This document shows positions 17,615 to 20,000 of a DNA stretch of 20,000 nucleotides, in pieces. The notes beneath the pieces were generated by a model. That model was given only the letters and a program-made list of their open reading frames with translations. It made no database searches and was not told where the DNA came from. Position 1 is the stretch's first letter. Each line of letters begins with the position of its first letter. The stretch is from an uncultured virus (IMG/VR IMGVR_UViG_3300025277_000017) (taxonomy: Duplodnaviria; Heunggongvirae; Uroviricota; Caudoviricetes). Made by a program: the position numbers and the translations under genes. The stretch lies in the IMG/VR virus record IMGVR_UViG_3300025277_000017; one strand, written 5' to 3'.

Positions 17615-18319
17615 TTATCCTCCTATGGATTTTTGTTGTGTTTGCATGCCTGGTATTTTTAGTTCCCCATGCATGTACTCATCTCTTCGGTGCTTTCCTT
17701 GTTGTTCGATTATCAACTCCTGAATGGCACGTTGATATGATTGTTCATATAATTGCAGCATTTCCGCTGGTCCCTTCAAGAATTTGAAGGCTTCTGCAAG
17801 ACTTCCGTAAAGCAACGCCGATGGGGCATTGTTCCCCAACCATGAAGTTGTGTTGGAACTGGACAGTCTTGTTGGTAATCTAGTGATTCCTATCTCTATA
17901 TTATATGCTGCATCTGGTGTTGGCGCAACATAAATTGTGTCCTCGTCCCACCAGGACCAATATTTTGGAGTTCCTGTCGATGTACGAACTGGCCAGTATT
18001 CATTCATGAAACTAATGTCTCGTTGTTCTAAGAAATCTCTTGTTGCTGTTCCTGAAGCAGGATAAATATGTACTGTTCTTATTGTAGCTAATGATGTTGG
18101 AGTTGCACCAATTCCCGATGCGCCAGGAAGAGATAAGAAAGGATTGCTCGACGTTAAGGCTGAATACTGATGAGACTTAAACGCATCAATATCAGCTTCC
18201 CTTAATATCCTGTTCTCTGTATGTTCTATAAAGTCGTCCGTTATTGTGGATGTAAGCACATCAGTGCTTGTTTCCGTGTAATTTAAAATCTGCGTTGTTA
18301 ATTCAGCGTATGTTGTCAT
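17615..18319 (-). CDS. Head-tail adaptor-like protein 2 (234 aa)
   Basis: MTTYAELTTQILNYTE..FIEHTENRILRE N-terminal helices, GTPKYW..IYVAPTPD beta region, ALLYGSLAEAFKFLK..YEQSYQRAI C-terminal helices. Confidence 0.72.
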   Translation of the reverse strand: MTTYAELTTQILNYTETSTDVLTSTITDDFIEHTENRILREADIDAFKSHQYSALTSSNPFLSLPGASGIGATPTSLATIRTVHIYPASGTATRDFLEQRDISFMNEYWPVRTSTGTPKYWSWWDEDTIYVAPTPDAAYNIEIGITRLPTRLSSSNTTSWLGNNAPSALLYGSLAEAFKFLKGPAEMLQLYEQSYQRAIQELIIEQQGKHRRDEYMHGELKIPGMQTQQKSIGG

Positions 18320-18813
18320 TATGCACTCAATGTTGCCGGACCAGAAGAGGCATATCCTCCTCCACCACTGCCTGTTGTTCCTGCAGCTGTTGAAACTGCA
18401 AAGGTATAAAAATCATCATCTGTTTTTGTAATGCTATATCCATCAGAATCTTCCAACTCATCTACATCAGCTCCAAATATATGTCCTCTGACGTCCCTGA
18501 ACCTTACAGTATCACTGCTTGACCGTCCATGGCCAGGTTCAAAAACTGATATTGTTGTGCTACTTGCCGTAAACCTAAAGGGGTTTAGAGGAAGTTTATG
18601 TTCCACTTCACTTTCATCCCTATCCGTTCTAGCGTATTGTAGTGCTTCCTTGTCAGCAGAATGCTTACGGGGATGGTCCTGTGCTGTCTTGGGTTCAAAT
18701 TCACTTCTATGAACACGCGCACCATTCCATTCCTTTACCATTTCCTTGTAGGGAAATTCCATTCCACTACGGTCAGAGATAGACTTAGCGTATTTTCCTT
18801 TAGAGTACGCCAT
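18319..18813 (-). CDS. Conserved phage protein (164 aa): degenerate Zn-ribbon-like N-terminus and small beta-barrel C-terminal domain
   Basis: MAYSKGKYAKSISDRSGMEFPYKEMVKEWNGARVHRSEFEPK; C-terminal SSTTISVFEPGHGRSSSDTVRF..YSITKTDDDFYTF. Confidence 0.7.
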   Translation of the reverse strand: MAYSKGKYAKSISDRSGMEFPYKEMVKEWNGARVHRSEFEPKTAQDHPRKHSADKEALQYARTDRDESEVEHKLPLNPFRFTASSTTISVFEPGHGRSSSDTVRFRDVRGHIFGADVDELEDSDGYSITKTDDDFYTFAVSTAAGTTGSGGGGYASSGPATLSA

Positions 18814-18818
18814 TTATC

Positions 18819-19052
18819 CTACCACTTAGAATCTTTAGATCCTACCCAATGATACTTACCACCTTTAGTGGCCGCACCCATGCTTTGCACAGTGCCAGAA
18901 ACAGTTCCTTTGGACAGTGAAACAGATTTTGCCTTTTCCTTAGCCTTGGCTTCAGGAACAGAATTAGTTCCTCTATCACTCCAGTTTCCCTTTACTCCGC
19001 CTTTGGAACTTCTTCCGGTATTAGTGTCTTTATTCCAGTTTGGATTGCTCAT
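18819..19052 (-). CDS. Small basic Gly/Lys/Ser-rich protein (77 aa)
   Basis: TAATG-coupled to the Cys-rich peptide, with a GGAGG RBS inside the upstream ORF; MGAATKGGK motif. Confidence 0.72.
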   Translation of the reverse strand: MSNPNWNKDTNTGRSSKGGVKGNWSDRGTNSVPEAKAKEKAKSVSLSKGTVSGTVQSMGAATKGGKYHWVGSKDSKW

Positions 19053-19138
19053 TATTCCTCCTTTTTACATTCGCAGTCTTGACATTCACAATTGTCTCCA
19101 CAATTGCATTCAGGACCGCATTTTTCACATTTAACCAT
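19052..19138 (-). CDS. Metallothionein-like Cys-rich peptide (28 aa, 8 Cys; not in the ORF track)
   Basis: Manual translation MVKCEKCGPECNCGDNCECQDCECKKEE*; AGGAGGT RBS at 19142-19148; stop overlaps the next start (TAATG); exactly fills the gap between two genes. Confidence 0.85.
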   Translation of the reverse strand: MVKCEKCGPECNCGDNCECQDCECKKEE

Positions 19139-19141
19139 ATT

Positions 19142-19148
19142 ACCTCCT
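19142..19148 (-). promoter_or_regulatory. Strong Shine-Dalgarno site (AGGAGGT) for the Cys-rich peptide
   Basis: Plus-strand acctcct immediately upstream of the ATG at 19138, overlapping the adaptor 1 stop codon. Confidence 0.75.
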
Positions 19149-19896
19149 ATGGTATGTAGGCTTGTGCCGGTTCAACCCTGAACGACGTTCGTTCACGGTC
19201 ATTTTCAGCAGCGCGTTTAAATTCCTCGTCATACACCGCTTTTAAGTTTGCACTTAGCATTGGTGCCCTCTTTAAGCTTATATAGTAAGCCAATCCCGCA
19301 GTCAAACACGGAAGAAAATAGAATGGGACATCGGCGTTATTAACGTAATCACCGGCATCCTGTATTCTTCCAATATAGAAATACTTGAAAATGTAAGCCT
19401 TGTTTGGGCTTGGATATAGGAAAAGGGTCATGTCATATTCCGGTCGACCACTAGAGGAAGATCCTCCAGTTGTAACCGTTCCAGGAATCAGGGCCCACTG
19501 TGTAGGTCTTGCGTCCCCAGTTGATGATTTCTCCTTTCTGGTAAGATTCATGAATTCTTCGCGTGAAATTCTAGCAACAGAAACATCAGTAGTACTGCTG
19601 TCTCCTTCCAGGTTTGCAGTTGCGCCAGTTGTGGTTGTGATTGTCGCGTCCAAGATGTCAACGACCTTTTGGTCAACCCCGTAAAAGTTTGTTCCAGCTG
19701 TCAGTGTCTGCGTGGCATAGGCAACAGTCCATAGATTTAACCCACGGTTTGCCCATTCCGCAAACATAAGGTTTAAGGATCTTTTTGCTGTCTTTAGATC
19801 ATAGCCACTGCGCGCCTCCAATTGGCAACGCTCTAGTGCTTCCTCTATAATTTCATCTATTGAGAGGTTAAAGGTTTGAGTGCCTGAATAAGCCAT
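19147..19896 (-). CDS. Head-tail adaptor / tail tubular protein A-like protein 1 (P22 gp4 / T7 gp11-like; 249 aa)
   Basis: IDEIIEEALERC..SGYDLKTAKRSLNLMFAEWANRGLNLW N-terminal helices, RPTQW..LYPSP, FLPCLTAGLAYYISLK..LKAVYDEEFKRA C-terminal helices. Confidence 0.78.
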   Translation of the reverse strand: MAYSGTQTFNLSIDEIIEEALERCQLEARSGYDLKTAKRSLNLMFAEWANRGLNLWTVAYATQTLTAGTNFYGVDQKVVDILDATITTTTGATANLEGDSSTTDVSVARISREEFMNLTRKEKSSTGDARPTQWALIPGTVTTGGSSSSGRPEYDMTLFLYPSPNKAYIFKYFYIGRIQDAGDYVNNADVPFYFLPCLTAGLAYYISLKRAPMLSANLKAVYDEEFKRAAENDRERTSFRVEPAQAYIP

Positions 19897-19904
19897 TTAA
19901 ACCC

Positions 19905-20000
19905 CTATGCGTAAAATACAGTCACATGTGTCGTTACAGCATTAGTGCACTTGATGCTTGTTTCGCACCTGAATCCTTCATGTGGAAACATGATAGAGCC
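19905..20000 (-). CDS. C-terminal end of a small virion-region protein (partial)
   Basis: Open frame from the window edge: ...GSIMFPHEGFRCETSIKCTNAVTTHVTVFYA* (TAG at 19905-19907). Confidence 0.65.
   Translation of the reverse strand, partial: GSIMFPHEGFRCETSIKCTNAVTTHVTVFYA

Larger units (their letters stand above)
1..20000 (-). mobile_element. Bacteriophage (probably podovirus) tail, fibre and ejection-protein module; free phage vs prophage cannot be determined
   Basis: Unbroken co-oriented minus-strand gene run with overlapping stop/start codons; adaptor, tail fibre, tail hub and internal-protein-like ORFs; no host housekeeping genes, sheath or long tail tube gene in the window. Confidence 0.93.

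Noticed and set aside
3409..17625. C-terminal di-glycine on the 343-aa (LQGG) and 234-aa (SIGG) proteins plus FCCH-like domains, suggesting a ubiquitin-like system
   Set aside because: In both cases the GG codons are the GGAGG Shine-Dalgarno of the next gene, and no E1/E2/JAB enzyme is present.
46..19684. All plus-strand ORFs and the alternative-frame minus-strand ORFs in the track
   Set aside because: They are shadows of the fully tiled minus-strand operon, with no recognisable motifs and antisense-type composition.
1..20000. Alternative genetic code or stop-codon reassignment
   Set aside because: TAA, TAG and TGA all end genes at clean gene boundaries, and coding density is near complete under the standard code.

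Overview
All 20 kb is the virion morphogenesis region of a tailed dsDNA phage, most likely a podovirus. Its gene order and protein N-termini resemble, from my recall, marine HTVC010P/uvMED-type phages; I could not run a search to confirm this. Every credible gene is on the minus strand, tightly packed, and many are translationally coupled (TAATG/ATGA). In transcription order (right to left): a partial small virion protein, adaptor 1, a 28-aa Cys-rich peptide missed by the ORF track, small basic proteins, adaptor 2, a long tail fibre with a 224-aa tandem duplication, LamG/SPRY-type receptor-binding proteins, a fibre chaperone, a second fibre, the P22 gp10/T7 gp12-like tail hub, small virion proteins, and an ejection/internal-protein cluster around a GNAT acyltransferase. 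Most notable: an 8-Cys metallothionein-like peptide two genes upstream of an apparently Cys-stripped Zn-ribbon protein; cationic amphipathic N-termini on putative ejection proteins flanking the GNAT; and a low-GC receptor-binding cassette whose compositional breakpoints fall inside genes. No RNA genes, CRISPR arrays, integrase, transposase or reverse transcriptase were seen.
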